From the NCBI GenBank assembly GCA_963709345.1, contig CAVPVX010000001.1:291480-355479 (forward strand): a stretch of 64,000 bases of DNA. Direction: 5' to 3'. Made by a program: the position numbers and the translations under genes. Shown here one piece after another: positions 9,483 to 19,779 of the stretch. Origin of the DNA: an uncultured Actinomycetes bacterium. Its GTDB lineage: Bacteria; Actinomycetota; Thermoleophilia; UBA2241. Below the pieces are notes generated by a model. The model made no database searches. It had not been told where the DNA came from and saw only the letters and a program-made list of their open reading frames with translations. How positions within the stretch are numbered: the stretch's first letter is position 1; every line of letters starts with the position of its first letter.

Positions 9483-9680
9483 TCACGCCGTCCCCGGCGT
9501 GCCGGGCTTGCTGCCGGCCCAGTGGGCGAGGCGCACGACCCAGCCAATGGCCGTGCCTGCACAGAGGATGATCGGGAGCCCCCGGGTGATCCACGCGGGA
9601 GAGTTCAGCCAGTCGCAGATGGCAACCACGATCGCCACTCATATGACCAGGCCGACGACATCCAGCATCGTCCTCTTCAC
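9483..9680 (-). pseudogene. small two-helix membrane ORF interrupted by an in-frame TGA
   Basis: GGAGGAGGAGCG precedes GTG (9680). The reading is VKRTMLDVVGLVI-TGA(9639-9641)-VAIVVAICDWLNSPAWITRGLPIILCAGTAIGWVVRLAHWAGSKPGTPGTA-stop. The hydrophobic helix runs straight across the stop codon. Confidence 0.4.
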
Positions 9681-9736
9681 CGCTCCTCCTCCTATCGCTT
9701 TCCTCGCGGCCCCTGAAGGACGATGATAACGCCATC

Positions 9737-10333
9737 ATGCGCATCGCGTTCCTCGGCGACAGCCTCACAGAAGGGTGGCCCGGAGCGGCGTACTTCCCGC
9801 TGCTCGACCGGCGGCTGCGGCGGCACGAGTTGCTGAATCGGGGCCGGGCCGGCGACACGGTGGCTGAACTCCGGGCGCGGATGCGGATCGAGGGCCTCGC
9901 GCCGGTCGACCTCGCCTTCATCTGGGTCGGCGCCAACGACGCCGTCATCGGCGCCTGGGACGCATCGGAGCCGGGCAGCGGCTGGAGTTGGCCGGAGCGT
10001 CTGCAGCGGATTCGCAACGAGTACGAGTCGCTGCTCGAGTGGACGGAGACACGCACGCCGAGAGTGGTGCTCGTCCGCCCGATCATCCTCGAAGCCGAGG
10101 GCTCGCTCTGGGAAGAGCGCGCGGCGGAAGTCGGCGGGGTCGTGGCCGGGCTCGCGGTCGCGCGCAGCGCTCGCCGCCAGCTGGACCTGCGTCCCGCCTT
10201 CGCCGCCGCGCGCGCGAGCGCAGGCCCCTTCACGACGGACGGCGTGCACTTCACCGATGCCGGCGCCGAGGTCGTGGCCGACGTGTTCGCGGCCGTCATC
10301 CTGGAACTCGAGGCCGAGGAGGCCGGCTCATGA
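9737..10333 (+). CDS. SGNH/GDSL hydrolase family protein
   Basis: N-terminal block I IAFLGDSLTEG, GAND, and C-terminal DGVHFTDAG. Confidence 0.85.
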   Translation: MRIAFLGDSLTEGWPGAAYFPLLDRRLRRHELLNRGRAGDTVAELRARMRIEGLAPVDLAFIWVGANDAVIGAWDASEPGSGWSWPERLQRIRNEYESLLEWTETRTPRVVLVRPIILEAEGSLWEERAAEVGGVVAGLAVARSARRQLDLRPAFAAARASAGPFTTDGVHFTDAGAEVVADVFAAVILELEAEEAGS

Positions 10334-11034
10334 GGCCCCTGCACAAGATCGCCCTCGCCGCCGTTACCGTGGAGGTCCTCGGCGCCGCCTACTCGTTCCT
10401 CGTGCTGCCGCGCATGCGCCGCTGGGGCGCGACCGATGAAGAGGTGTCGCGCACGCTGCCCGGCGACGACCTCGTCGGCGAGCCCGTCTATACGACGACC
10501 CACGCCGCCACCATCGCCGCGCCGGTCACCGCCGTCTGGCCCTGGCTCGTCCAGATCGGCCAGAACCGCGGCGGCTTCTACAGCTACGACATCCTCGAGA
10601 ACCTGATGCGCCTCAAGATCCACAGCGCCGACGTGATCCACCCCGAGTGGCAGGAGCTCCGCACCGGTGAAGACTACGTGACGCTCGACCCGGACGAGTA
10701 CATGAAGATGACTGTCGCCGTACTCGAACCGGAACGCGCCTTCGTGATCCGCAGCGGAGCGCCCGGCGAGCCGCCGCAGACGCCGGGCAGCTTCTTCCGC
10801 GGCGAGCTCGCGTGGTCCTGGGGATTCTATGTCGAGCCGCTCGACCAGCGCACCACGCGCCTGATCGTCCGCTCCCGCGGCGCCTGGCGGCGAACGGCCG
10901 CCGCCGTCTGCGCACAGGTCTTCGGCCTCGAGCCCGCGCACTTCATCATGGAAGAGGGCATGCTGCGCGGCATCCGCGACCGTGCCGAGCAGGCCGCCCA
11001 CGGGAGCGCCCCCGTCGTCGCCGAGGGCGGCTGA
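10330..11034 (+). CDS. SRPBCC (START/polyketide-cyclase-like) family protein with N-terminal TM helix
   Basis: ATGA overlap with the upstream stop. Contains VWPWLVQIGQNRGGFYSYD, typical of this family. Confidence 0.7.
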   Translation: MRPLHKIALAAVTVEVLGAAYSFLVLPRMRRWGATDEEVSRTLPGDDLVGEPVYTTTHAATIAAPVTAVWPWLVQIGQNRGGFYSYDILENLMRLKIHSADVIHPEWQELRTGEDYVTLDPDEYMKMTVAVLEPERAFVIRSGAPGEPPQTPGSFFRGELAWSWGFYVEPLDQRTTRLIVRSRGAWRRTAAAVCAQVFGLEPAHFIMEEGMLRGIRDRAEQAAHGSAPVVAEGG

Positions 11035-11307
11035 CGCACTCTCCGCCGTCGGCTACCTCGGATGGGGTACGCGTCGAGGAGCGACGGAGAGACCGGGGGC
11101 TCGCGCCGCCTCCCGCTCGATGCGGCCCCGCGTACCCCCGCCGGTGAGCCGTCTTCCCGACGGGGAGAGAGGCGCTCCCCCTGCGGTGGCTCTCGCGCAA
11201 GCCGCATATCCCTCCAGCGCGTTGACCGATTCACCACCGTTGGGCGATTCGCCGCTCACTCCCTCCCCGTAGCCTCTCTTCAACGACTCAACCAGGAGGA
11301 GAGCGAC

Positions 11308-12150
11308 ATGCGGCAGACCACCACCCAAGAACGCGAGAGCCTCGTCGAAGCGCGAGACGCCCTTGCCCAGCTCGAACGCCAGTTCACCGGCGAGTCACGG
11401 TTCACCGAACGCCCCGAGGGCCGCGCGGTCGTGACCGCTCGCGGCCTCAGCCGCACCTACGGCAAGGGCGACGCGAAGGTCCACGCCTTGCGCGACGTCG
11501 ACATCGACATCACCGAGGGCCGGCTGACGGCCATCATGGGCCCGTCCGGCTCCGGCAAGAGCACGCTCATGCACATCCTCGCCGGCCTCGACCAGCCCAC
11601 CGGCGGCCGGGTCAGCATCGACGGCACGGAGATCACCCGGCTCAAGGAGAAGAAGCTCACGCAGCTGCGCCGCGACAAGATCGGCTTCATCTTCCAGAGC
11701 TTCAACCTGCTCGCGACCCTGACCGCCGACGAGAACATCGTCCTGCCGCTCTCGCTCGCTCGCCGCAGGGCGGATGAGGCCTGGCGGCGCACCGTCATCG
11801 AAGCCGTCGGTCTGCAAGATCGCCTGACCCACCGCCCCGCGGAGCTCTCCGGCGGCCAGCAGCAGCGCGTCGCCGTCGCCCGGGCGCTCATCACCCGGCC
11901 GGCCGTGCTGTTCGCCGACGAGCCGACCGGCAACCTGGATTCGCGGACCGGCGGTGAAGTGCTGGATCTGCTCCGCCACAGCGTCGACGAGTTCGGCCAG
12001 ACCGTGATCATGGTCACGCACGACGCCAATGCGGCGAGCATCGCCGACCGCGTCGTCTTCCTCAAGGATGGCCAGATCGAGCTCGACGAGGACCGCATGA
12101 CCCGCGACGCCATCTACGACACCATCAAGAACCTCGAGGTGACCCGATGA
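11308..12150 (+). CDS. ABC transporter ATP-binding protein (MacB/LolD type)
   Basis: Walker A GPSGSGKST, Q-loop, signature LSGGQQQRVAVARA, Walker B LFADEPTGNLD. AGGAGGA lies upstream of the ATG at 11308. Confidence 0.9.
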   Translation: MRQTTTQERESLVEARDALAQLERQFTGESRFTERPEGRAVVTARGLSRTYGKGDAKVHALRDVDIDITEGRLTAIMGPSGSGKSTLMHILAGLDQPTGGRVSIDGTEITRLKEKKLTQLRRDKIGFIFQSFNLLATLTADENIVLPLSLARRRADEAWRRTVIEAVGLQDRLTHRPAELSGGQQQRVAVARALITRPAVLFADEPTGNLDSRTGGEVLDLLRHSVDEFGQTVIMVTHDANAASIADRVVFLKDGQIELDEDRMTRDAIYDTIKNLEVTR

Positions 12151-14706
12151 CCCGCCTCGCCTTCCGCAGCTTGGCCAGCCGGCCGCTTCGCACCATCCTC
12201 ACGCTGCTCGCGATCCTGCTCGGCGTGGCGATGATCACCGGCACGTACGTGCTGACCGACCAGATCGACAACGGGTTCGCCAGCACCTTCGAGAGCAAGT
12301 TCAAGGGCACAGCCGTGCAGGTCCAGCCAGAGCGTTCGTTCACCAGCCTCGAGGGCGACGCGATCCAGACGCTCGACGACGACCTCGTTGCCCGAGTGCT
12401 GGCAGCGCCCGGCGTGGACAGGGCCGCCGGAACCTACGAGACGATGGGCGCCGCGATCGTCGACGGCAAGGCCGTCGAGAGCGGCTCCGCGACCCTGCTC
12501 ACGACCGACCCGGGCGAGCCATTCAGCCAGGCGACCCTGGTCGCCGGCCGAGAGATCCAGGGTCGCAACGAGGTCTCGATCATCAAGAGCTTCGCCGACG
12601 AGGCCGGCCTCAAGCCCGGCGACACCTTCACCGTCGCCGCCCCGGCCGGCCTCCAGGAGGTCAAGGTCGCCGGCGTCTTCGAACCGGACGATTCCGGGTC
12701 CCTCGGCGTCTCGGGCGTCAATACGTTCCCCATCGTCGTCGACGGCCGCCTGCAAGACGTGCAGCGCTGGGGCGGCGAGCCCGGCAGGATCAGCGGCATC
12801 TCCGTCTCCGCGGATCCGGGCGTGACGCCGAAGGAGCTCGCCGCGAACGTCAAGGCCGCCCTGCCGGCCAGCGTCAGCGTCAAGACCGGCGAGCAGGCTG
12901 CCGCCGACGCGACCGCCGAGACGGCCGACGCGATCGGCTCGTTCCTCACGCCGGTGCTCCTGGCGTTCGCCGGCGTCTCCGTCTTCGTCGGCGCGTTCAT
13001 CATCTTCAACGCCTTCAGCATCACCGTCGCCCAGCGGCGCCGCGAGTTCGCGATGCTGCGCGCCCTCGGCGCCAGCCGCCGCCAGGTGCTCACGTCGGTG
13101 GTCGCCGAGGCGCTCACGCTCGGCGTGCTGGCCTCGGCGGTCGGCATCGTCGCCGGCCTCGGCGTCGCCAAGGCCATCAACGCGCTCTTCACGGCCGTCG
13201 GCGCCGATATCCCGACGGCAGGCATCGCACTCGAACCCAGGACCATCCTCATCGCGGCGCTGGTCGGCGTGGGCGTCACGCTCCTCTCGGCGCTCACCCC
13301 GGCCCTGCGCGCCACGCGCGTGCCGCCGGTGGCGGCCCTCCAGGAGGGCGCGACGCTGCCGCGGACACGCTTCGCCAGGTTCACCACCGTCATCGCGCTG
13401 GCCTTCGCGGCGCTCGGCGGCGGCTCCCTCGCCTACGGCATCCTCGCCGACGGCGGGACCAACGGCCGCCTGCTGTTCATGGGCCTCGGCGCGCTGCTGC
13501 TCTTCGTCGCCATCGCCATGCTGGCCAAGTTCGTCGTGCGACCGGCGAGCCGGATCATCGGCTGGCCGATGGAGAAGCTCGCGCCCACCAGCGGCCGCCT
13601 GGCCCGCGACAACGCCGGCCGCAACCCGAGCCGCACGGCCGCCACGGCCGCCGCGCTCATGATCGGCCTCGCCATGGTCGTCTTCGTCGCCGTCTTCGCC
13701 CAGGCGATGAAGGGCTCGTTCAGCGACGCGATCAGCACAGTCCACGCGCGCCGACCTCGTCGCGCAGGACCAGAGCGCATTCCTCACCGTGCCCCAGAAG
13801 ACGGTGCGCGGCCTCGAGCAGGTGCCCGGCGTCGAGTCCGCCGCCGGTGTCGCCTGGGCGGCGCTCAAGGTCAAGGGCGCCGGCGTCATCACCGCCAACG
13901 CCGTGGATCCCGCGGTGTGGCCCGAGGTCTGGGGCCACGACTGGCGGCGCGGCGGCAGCGACGACCTGTTCGCCAAGCTGGATGCCACGCATGTGATCCT
14001 CGAGGACGGGTCGCCGATGGCCGCCAAGGCCGAGGCCGGCGACACGATCACGGTCACCAGCCAGAGCGGCAAGAGGGCCAACCTCACGGTGCTGGGGTTC
14101 TACCGCGACCAGATGGCCTACACCGGCATGATGGTCAGTCTCGACACGCTCAAGAAGCTGGACGTCCCGACCGCGGCCGGCATGACGCTGGTCCGCACCG
14201 ACGGCAGCGACGGGACGCGGGCGGCGGTCCAGAAGGCTCTCGCCGAGTTCCCGACGCAGACGGTCCAGACCAAGACCGAGTACCTCGACGCCATCAACAA
14301 GCAGGTCGACCAGATCCTCATGATGTTCTACGGCCTGCTGGCCATGAGCGTGATCATCTCGATCTTCGGGATCGTCAACACCCTGGTGCTGAGCGTGCAC
14401 GAGCGCACCCGCGAGATCGGCATGCTTCGCGCCATCGGCGCCACCCGGCGGCAGCTCGGCCAGATGGTGCGCTACGAGAGCGTGATCACCGCCGTGATCG
14501 GCGGCGTGCTGGGCACGCTGGTCGGGATCGCCATGAGCTACGTCCTCGTCACACAGATCGGTGGCGACGGGCTGGTGTTCAGCCTGCCGTGGCTGCAGTT
14601 GGGCGTGTTCCTGATCCTCGCCGTCGTGGTCGGCGTCGTGGCGGCGGTGCTGCCGGCGCGCCGCGCCGCCGACACGCGGATCCTGGAGGCCATCCAGTAC
14701 GAGTGA
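12147..14706 (+). pseudogene. ABC transporter permease, FtsX/MacB type with two FtsX domains, frame break near 13745
   Basis: ATGA overlap with the ATPase gene. The N-terminal frame reads well to ...MKGSFSDAISTVHAR. The remainder (ADLVAQDQSAFLTVPQKTVRGLE...ERTREIGMLRAIGATRRQL...) lies in the +1 frame and ends at 14706. The joined length is about 852 aa, normal for this family. Confidence 0.85.
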
Positions 14707-14751
14707 TGCCTCGAGTCGCACTGCCTCACCGAGGCAGCGGCGTTCGAGAGA

Positions 14752-14785
14752 GGGCCGGGGCGGCGTCAGCCGCCCCGGCCCTTCT
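14752..14785 (+). terminator. intrinsic terminator after the FtsX gene
   Basis: GGGCCGGGGCGGC-GTCA-GCCGCCCCGGCCC forms a perfect 13-bp stem, followed by TTCT. Confidence 0.6.
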
Positions 14786-14841
14786 GCGTCATCGCGCTCG
14801 TAGCCCCGCTCCGTGCAGCACCGCCTCGTTGACCCCGACCG

Positions 14842-15534
14842 TCAACCAGCGACGTGGTCGCGCATGTCGACGTCGCCACCCGGCTCTACCTCGATGTCGC
14901 CGGTCGCGACCCGGAAGACGACGTGGGCGACGCGCTCCGGCGACATGCCCTGCATGTCGTTCATGCGCGTCGCCGTCACCGTGGGGTGCACTGTCACGAA
15001 GCGCTTCCCCGGCCGCTCGAGCGCCAGAGCCTTGATGAAGCCGCGCAAGCCCCACTTCGTGGCGCAGTAAGTCGGCGGCGTGCGTGAAGGATGCAGGGTC
15101 GCGGTGCTGCCGATGGTGATCACCGCATCGTCCACCATCGGCAGGAAGCTCCACGTGAGCTTCATGACGCCCTCGAGATTCACGGAGAGCTGCGACTCGA
15201 GCTCGCCGAAGTCCTGCTCCAGGAACGGGCGCCAGACGATCATTCCGGCGTTGTTCACGAGAATGCCGACGGAGCCGAAGCGGTCGACCACGGCCTCGAC
15301 CAGCGTGCGGATGCTACCGTCGTCCGCGAGCTGGAGCGAGCACGTCAGCACATCCGGAGAGCCGAGACCGCGGCAGAGATCGGCCACCTCCTCAGCCTCG
15401 GCGCGATGTTCGAAGTAGGTGAGCGCCAAGCGGCTCCCGGCGGCGGCGAACCGCAACGCGATCTCGCGCCCGATGCCGATGCTCGCCCCCGTGACGAGGA
15501 CGACCTTGTCCGCCAGGTCGGTGCCCACATACAC
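14842..15534 (-). CDS. SDR family oxidoreductase
   Basis: VLVTGASIGIGREIA (TGxxxGxG), NNAG, and YCATKWG (YxxxK). Confidence 0.9.
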   Translation of the reverse strand: MYVGTDLADKVVLVTGASIGIGREIALRFAAAGSRLALTYFEHRAEAEEVADLCRGLGSPDVLTCSLQLADDGSIRTLVEAVVDRFGSVGILVNNAGMIVWRPFLEQDFGELESQLSVNLEGVMKLTWSFLPMVDDAVITIGSTATLHPSRTPPTYCATKWGLRGFIKALALERPGKRFVTVHPTVTATRMNDMQGMSPERVAHVVFRVATGDIEVEPGGDVDMRDHVAG

Positions 15535-15724
15535 ATGCTACCCGAGACGACGAGCCCGCGACCGCATCCGTCGAGGGAAGCGCCGCCCGAACTGACTACG
15601 CGGCATCTGTGGTGCAGCGGTGCGGTCGTCGGCGCTCCGCGCTGGTCAGTGTGTCCACAAGCTGGTCCACTGTGCGACCGCGCCGCTGGTGGTCTTACCA
15701 CCGCCCGTCAGGTACCGTGCAGAC

Positions 15725-16360
15725 ATGAAGGTCCTTGTCGTTGGAGCAACAGGCCGTACCGGTAGACTGCTGGCATCCGGCGCATTGGAGCGCGGTCACG
15801 AGGTGACCGCGCTGGTGCGCGCCCCGGAAAGGCTCGGCGACCTGACCGGCAGGGTCCACGTCGTCGCCGGTGACGTGCTGGACGGCGGCCTGGTGAGCGA
15901 CGCCGTCGACGGGCAGGAGGCGGCGCTCGTCTCGCTTGGAGTGGCAATGAAGAAGGGTGATCCGGCCGTCAATGCCCAGGGCACCCTGAATGTGATCCGC
16001 TCGATGCAGCGCTACGGCGTGCGCCGGCTGGTGGTGCTGTCCTCCGGAGGCATCCAGCAGGGCCGCGACTCCAACCTGTCTTGGGCGTTCGACCGCATCA
16101 TCAAGCCGCTGTTCCTCAAGCATGCCTTCGCAGACCTGCGGCGCATGGAGACGAGTGTCCGCCAGAGCGAACTCGACTGGACGATCGTGCGCGCCTCCGG
16201 CGGGCTGGTCGACGGCCCACCACGCGGCGGCTACCGGGCGGAGCCCGGCTACTCGATCCCCGGCGGACGGCGCATCGCCCGCGCCGACGTCGCCGAGTTC
16301 ATGCTCGACCAGCTCGTCCTGCGCAGCGACATCGGGCACGCGCTGGCTATCGCCTACTGA
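15725..16360 (+). CDS. NAD(P)H-binding protein (NmrA/flavin-reductase-like atypical SDR)
   Basis: MKVLVVGATGRTGRLL Rossmann motif, 211 aa. Confidence 0.85.
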   Translation: MKVLVVGATGRTGRLLASGALERGHEVTALVRAPERLGDLTGRVHVVAGDVLDGGLVSDAVDGQEAALVSLGVAMKKGDPAVNAQGTLNVIRSMQRYGVRRLVVLSSGGIQQGRDSNLSWAFDRIIKPLFLKHAFADLRRMETSVRQSELDWTIVRASGGLVDGPPRGGYRAEPGYSIPGGRRIARADVAEFMLDQLVLRSDIGHALAIAY

Positions 16361-16366
16361 GGGCCG

Positions 16367-16387
16367 GGCCGGCGGCGCCCGCCGGCC
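16367..16387. terminator. hairpin between convergent genes
   Basis: GGCCGGCGG-CGC-CCGCCGGCC forms a perfect 9-bp stem. Confidence 0.4.
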
Positions 16388-16426
16388 ATCGCCGGCGCTT
16401 TCTCGGCCGCCGTCACCGAGCGTGTC

Positions 16427-17794
16427 TCATCCGCGCCCGAGCTCGAAGCGCAACGCCGCCTTCACGCTGGGGTACGTGAAGCGGAAGCCGCGCTCGCTGA
16501 GGCGCGCCGGCTCGACGCGCTGGCTGGCGAGGAGCATCTCCTCGCCCATCCCGCCAAGCCCGTGACGCAGGACGAAGCCGGGCGCCTTCAGCACGGCCGG
16601 ACGGCGCAGCACGTGCGCGAGGGTCCGCGTGAACGCAGCGTTCGTCACCGGCTCGGGCGCGGTCATGTTGACCGGCCCTGAGAGCCCATCGTCACTGATC
16701 GCCCACTCGAGCGCCGCGAGCAGATCGTCGAGGCCGATCCACGCCCAGTACTGCGAGCCGTCGCCGAGCCGCGCGCCCAGACCGGTCTTGAAGGCGGGGA
16801 GCATCGTCGCGAGCGCCCCGCCGGCGGCGCTGAGCACGATGCCGAACCGGGCATTGACGACGCGCACCCCGGCTTCGGACACGGGAGCGGCAGACGCCTC
16901 CCAGGCGCGGCACACATCGGCAAGGAACCCCGCGCCGAGTCCGGCCTGCTCGGTGATGACATCCGCCCCGCGGGAGCCGTAGGCGCCGACGGCGGATGCG
17001 CTGACGAACACCCGCGGCGGCTGGTCCATCCGGGTGATCGCCGCGGCCAGCGTCTGCGTCGCCTGCACGCGACTCTCGAGGATCGCCTTCTTGCGGGTGG
17101 AAGTCCAGACGCCGGAGATGGTGACGCCGCCGAGGTTGACGACGGCGTCGACCCCGGCCAGGTCATCGGGGTCGAGCTTCCCTGCCGCCGGGTCCCAGGC
17201 GATCTCGTCGTCGCCGGCCGCGGCGCGGCGCACGAGTTTGACGACGCGGTGCCCCGCCGTCGTCAGGTAGTCGGCGAGGTGCGCGCCGACCAGGCCGCCG
17301 GCGCCGGCGATCGCCACCGTCATCCGCGGCCGGCCGGCCCAGACTGCGTGGCGCTCGAAGTCGCGCCGGGTGCGCTCGTGGCGGAAGCGGAAGAAGCGCT
17401 CGAGCGTCCTTCCGGCCGGCCCCTCACCGACTGCGTCGGTGATGCCTCCGGCCGGCAGCCGGTACTCGATGTGGTCGATCAGCTCACTGCGCTCGTCGTC
17501 GACCGGGACGAACCGGTGCGTGTGCTCCCACGCCGAGAAGGGGCCGTCGAGCTGCCGGTCCACGAACTGGCGTCCGGGCACGCTCCCGCCCATCTCGGCC
17601 GTCCACCGCCGCTTCACCGGACCGAACCGGACCTCGAAGGCGACCCGCCCGCCGGTGACGTCACCGCTCTGCTCGAGCACGCGCAGCTTCTGCCACGGCG
17701 GCGCGAGTCGCTTGAACGCGCCGGGACGGGCATGATACTCGTAAAGCTCATCCGCCGGCGCCGGCATGATGCTCCGCCACTCGAAGATCGGCAT
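16427..17794 (-). CDS. SRPBCC domain fused to TIGR01777/YfcH-type epimerase (DUF1731)
   Basis: MPIFEW start at 17794 after GGAGGGG. N-terminal cyclase-like domain, then VAIAGAGGLVGAHL Rossmann motif and a C-terminal SQRVEPARLSERGFRFTYP. The rest of the 812-aa track ORF is antisense to the ABC gene. Confidence 0.85.
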   Translation of the reverse strand: MPIFEWRSIMPAPADELYEYHARPGAFKRLAPPWQKLRVLEQSGDVTGGRVAFEVRFGPVKRRWTAEMGGSVPGRQFVDRQLDGPFSAWEHTHRFVPVDDERSELIDHIEYRLPAGGITDAVGEGPAGRTLERFFRFRHERTRRDFERHAVWAGRPRMTVAIAGAGGLVGAHLADYLTTAGHRVVKLVRRAAAGDDEIAWDPAAGKLDPDDLAGVDAVVNLGGVTISGVWTSTRKKAILESRVQATQTLAAAITRMDQPPRVFVSASAVGAYGSRGADVITEQAGLGAGFLADVCRAWEASAAPVSEAGVRVVNARFGIVLSAAGGALATMLPAFKTGLGARLGDGSQYWAWIGLDDLLAALEWAISDDGLSGPVNMTAPEPVTNAAFTRTLAHVLRRPAVLKAPGFVLRHGLGGMGEEMLLASQRVEPARLSERGFRFTYPSVKAALRFELGRG

Positions 17795-17908
17795 CGGACC
17801 CCTCCTCGCTCGACGAGCAGGTCTTACCCGCGCGCGGCGGCGGTTAGCCCGTGCCACGGCAGGGAATCCCGACCGGGACAGATATGTATTCGATGGAAGG
17901 ACGGCGCC

Positions 17909-18919
17909 GTGTCTCGGGATGACGGTCTCGATCGCAGTATCAGCGCCGACGACCTGCGCCGGGATTTCGGGGAGTTGCGTGCGGTGGACGGCGTCAACCT
18001 GCAGATTCCCGGCGGCCGCATCTTCGGGTTTCTCGGCCCCAACGGCGCCGGCAAGTCCACGCTCGTCAGGATCCTCACGACGATCCTCGACCCCACATCT
18101 GGACGCGCGACCGTGGCCGGCCACGACGTCCAGCGTCAGGGCGGGAAGGTGCGCGAGGCGATCGGAGTAGCGCTGCAGGACGTGGGGCTCGATCCGCTGA
18201 TGACGGCGCGCGAACTGCTGATGTTGCAGACCGAACTCTTCGGCACTCCGCGCGACGAGGCGCGGGCGACGGCGGGGAGGCTCCTCGTGACCGTAGGGCT
18301 CGACGACGTCGACCCGAAGAAGCGAGTCGGCGCCTACTCCGGGGGGATGAAGCGCAGGCTGGACCTCGCCCTGGCGCTCGTCCACGACCCGCGTATCCTC
18401 TTCCTGGACGAGCCGACTACCGGTCTCGACCCGGCAAGCCGGGCGGCGATCTGGGAGGAGGTCCGCCGCCTCAACGACGAGTCCGGCATGACGATCTTCC
18501 TCACCACCCAGTACCTGGAGGAGGCCGACCGACTCGCCGACGAGGTGGCCATCATCAACAAGGGCAGGATCGTCGCCCAAGGCACGCCGAGCGAGCTCAA
18601 GCGACAGGTCGGCGACGAGGTCGTCGAGTTGCAGTTCGCCTCGCGCAACGACGCCGCGAGCGCCGACGCTGCGCTCGCGGCCGTGGCCCCCAACCGCCAG
18701 CCGTCCAACCGCGAGCTGCGACTCTACTTCGGCCGCGCCGCCGAGAACGTGCCCGAGCTGGTGCGCGTGCTCGACGGCGCCGGCATCCGGCTGCAGGGCC
18801 TGACGATCGAGCAGCCCAGCCTCGACGACGTCTTTCTGCGCGTCACGGGCACGGCGCTCGAGCATGAGGTGGATGAGGCGTCTGCCGCGGCAGACGCGAG
18901 CGCCGAGGTGCCGGCATGA
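17909..18919 (+). CDS. ABC transporter ATP-binding protein (DrrA/ABC-2 type)
   Basis: GTG at 17909 after GGAAGGA. Contains GPNGAGKST, YSGGMKRRLDLALAL and LFLDEPTTGLD. Confidence 0.9.
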   Translation: MSRDDGLDRSISADDLRRDFGELRAVDGVNLQIPGGRIFGFLGPNGAGKSTLVRILTTILDPTSGRATVAGHDVQRQGGKVREAIGVALQDVGLDPLMTARELLMLQTELFGTPRDEARATAGRLLVTVGLDDVDPKKRVGAYSGGMKRRLDLALALVHDPRILFLDEPTTGLDPASRAAIWEEVRRLNDESGMTIFLTTQYLEEADRLADEVAIINKGRIVAQGTPSELKRQVGDEVVELQFASRNDAASADAALAAVAPNRQPSNRELRLYFGRAAENVPELVRVLDGAGIRLQGLTIEQPSLDDVFLRVTGTALEHEVDEASAAADASAEVPA

Positions 18920-19680
18920 ACGACATCGTCCTCCTCATCGGGCGCTCCCTGCGCAATGCCATCCGCCAGCCGGCGACGATCATCCCCAACATCGGGATCA
19001 GCGTGTTCTTCCTCTTCGTCTACAACAGCGGGCTGTCGTCGGTAGCGGAACTGCCGGGGTTCCAGGGAACGTACTTGGGATTCATCCTGCCGGTCAGCAT
19101 CGTGTCGGCCGCCGTGGGTGGGGCCGGCCTGGCCGGGCAGACGCTGATCAAGGACATCGACAACGGCTACTTCACGAAGCTCCTGCTCACTCCGACCCGC
19201 CGGCTGGCGGTGATCTGGGGACCCATGGTCGCCAGCGCCATCATCCTGACCGCCCAAGTCGTGCTCGTGATGCTGCTCGCCCTGGCGATGGGGCTGGAGG
19301 TGGCGGCGGGTCCGGGCGGCTTCGCCCTCGTCGTCGTCCTGGCCTTTCTCTGGGGTATGGCTTTTGCCGGTTACGCCGCCTTCATTGCGCTGAAGACGAA
19401 GAACGCCGCGGCGGCTCAGGCGGCAACCTTCGCCTTCTTCCCTCTCATCTTCCTCAGCTATACGTTCGTGCCCGAGGAGTACGTGACCGCCGAGTGGCTG
19501 CGCGTGGCGGCGACGATCAATCCCACGACCTATGTCTTCGACGCCATGCGCTCCCTGCTCAACACGGGGTGGGACATGACGTCGCTCGCCGTCGGCTTCA
19601 CCGTCACACTGGGGTTCGCGACGCTGACCGGAGCGATGGCGCTCTGGGCGGCGCGCGGGGCGACGAAGATGACGTCGTAG
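18916..19680 (+). CDS. ABC-2 type transporter permease
   Basis: ATGA overlap with the ATPase gene. Six hydrophobic segments. Confidence 0.85.
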   Translation: MNDIVLLIGRSLRNAIRQPATIIPNIGISVFFLFVYNSGLSSVAELPGFQGTYLGFILPVSIVSAAVGGAGLAGQTLIKDIDNGYFTKLLLTPTRRLAVIWGPMVASAIILTAQVVLVMLLALAMGLEVAAGPGGFALVVVLAFLWGMAFAGYAAFIALKTKNAAAAQAATFAFFPLIFLSYTFVPEEYVTAEWLRVAATINPTTYVFDAMRSLLNTGWDMTSLAVGFTVTLGFATLTGAMALWAARGATKMTS

Positions 19681-19779
19681 CCGTCGCCGGACGGCGCCGC
19701 ACGAGCCGGCAGCGGGAGGAATGCGGCTCCGGCCCGGCGGCGGAGGCGAGACCGGAGAAGCCCTAGTAGACTCCGGGGC

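Noticed and set aside
9639-9641. In-frame TGA as selenocysteine.
   Set aside because: No convincing SECIS-like hairpin immediately follows. The codon lies in the middle of a hydrophobic helix, where Sec has no plausible role, and there are no sel genes in the window.
12114-14087. 657-aa minus-strand ORF. Similar long ORFs: 3145-4914(+), 9478-11001(-), 19816-21387(-), 43839-45284(+), 54047-55726(+), 57727-59487(-), 60288-61454(-), 62056-63969(-).
   Set aside because: All lie antisense to, or out of frame with, genes that carry unmistakable family motifs. Their translations are Arg/Gly/Asp/Ala/Pro-rich with no recognisable domains. This is the expected stop-codon-poor shadow frame of very GC-rich coding DNA.
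17795-18865. N-terminal 357 codons of the 812-aa ORF 16427-18865(-).
   Set aside because: This part is antisense to the DrrA-like ABC ATPase. The real gene starts at the MPIFEW ATG (17794), which has its own GGAGG.
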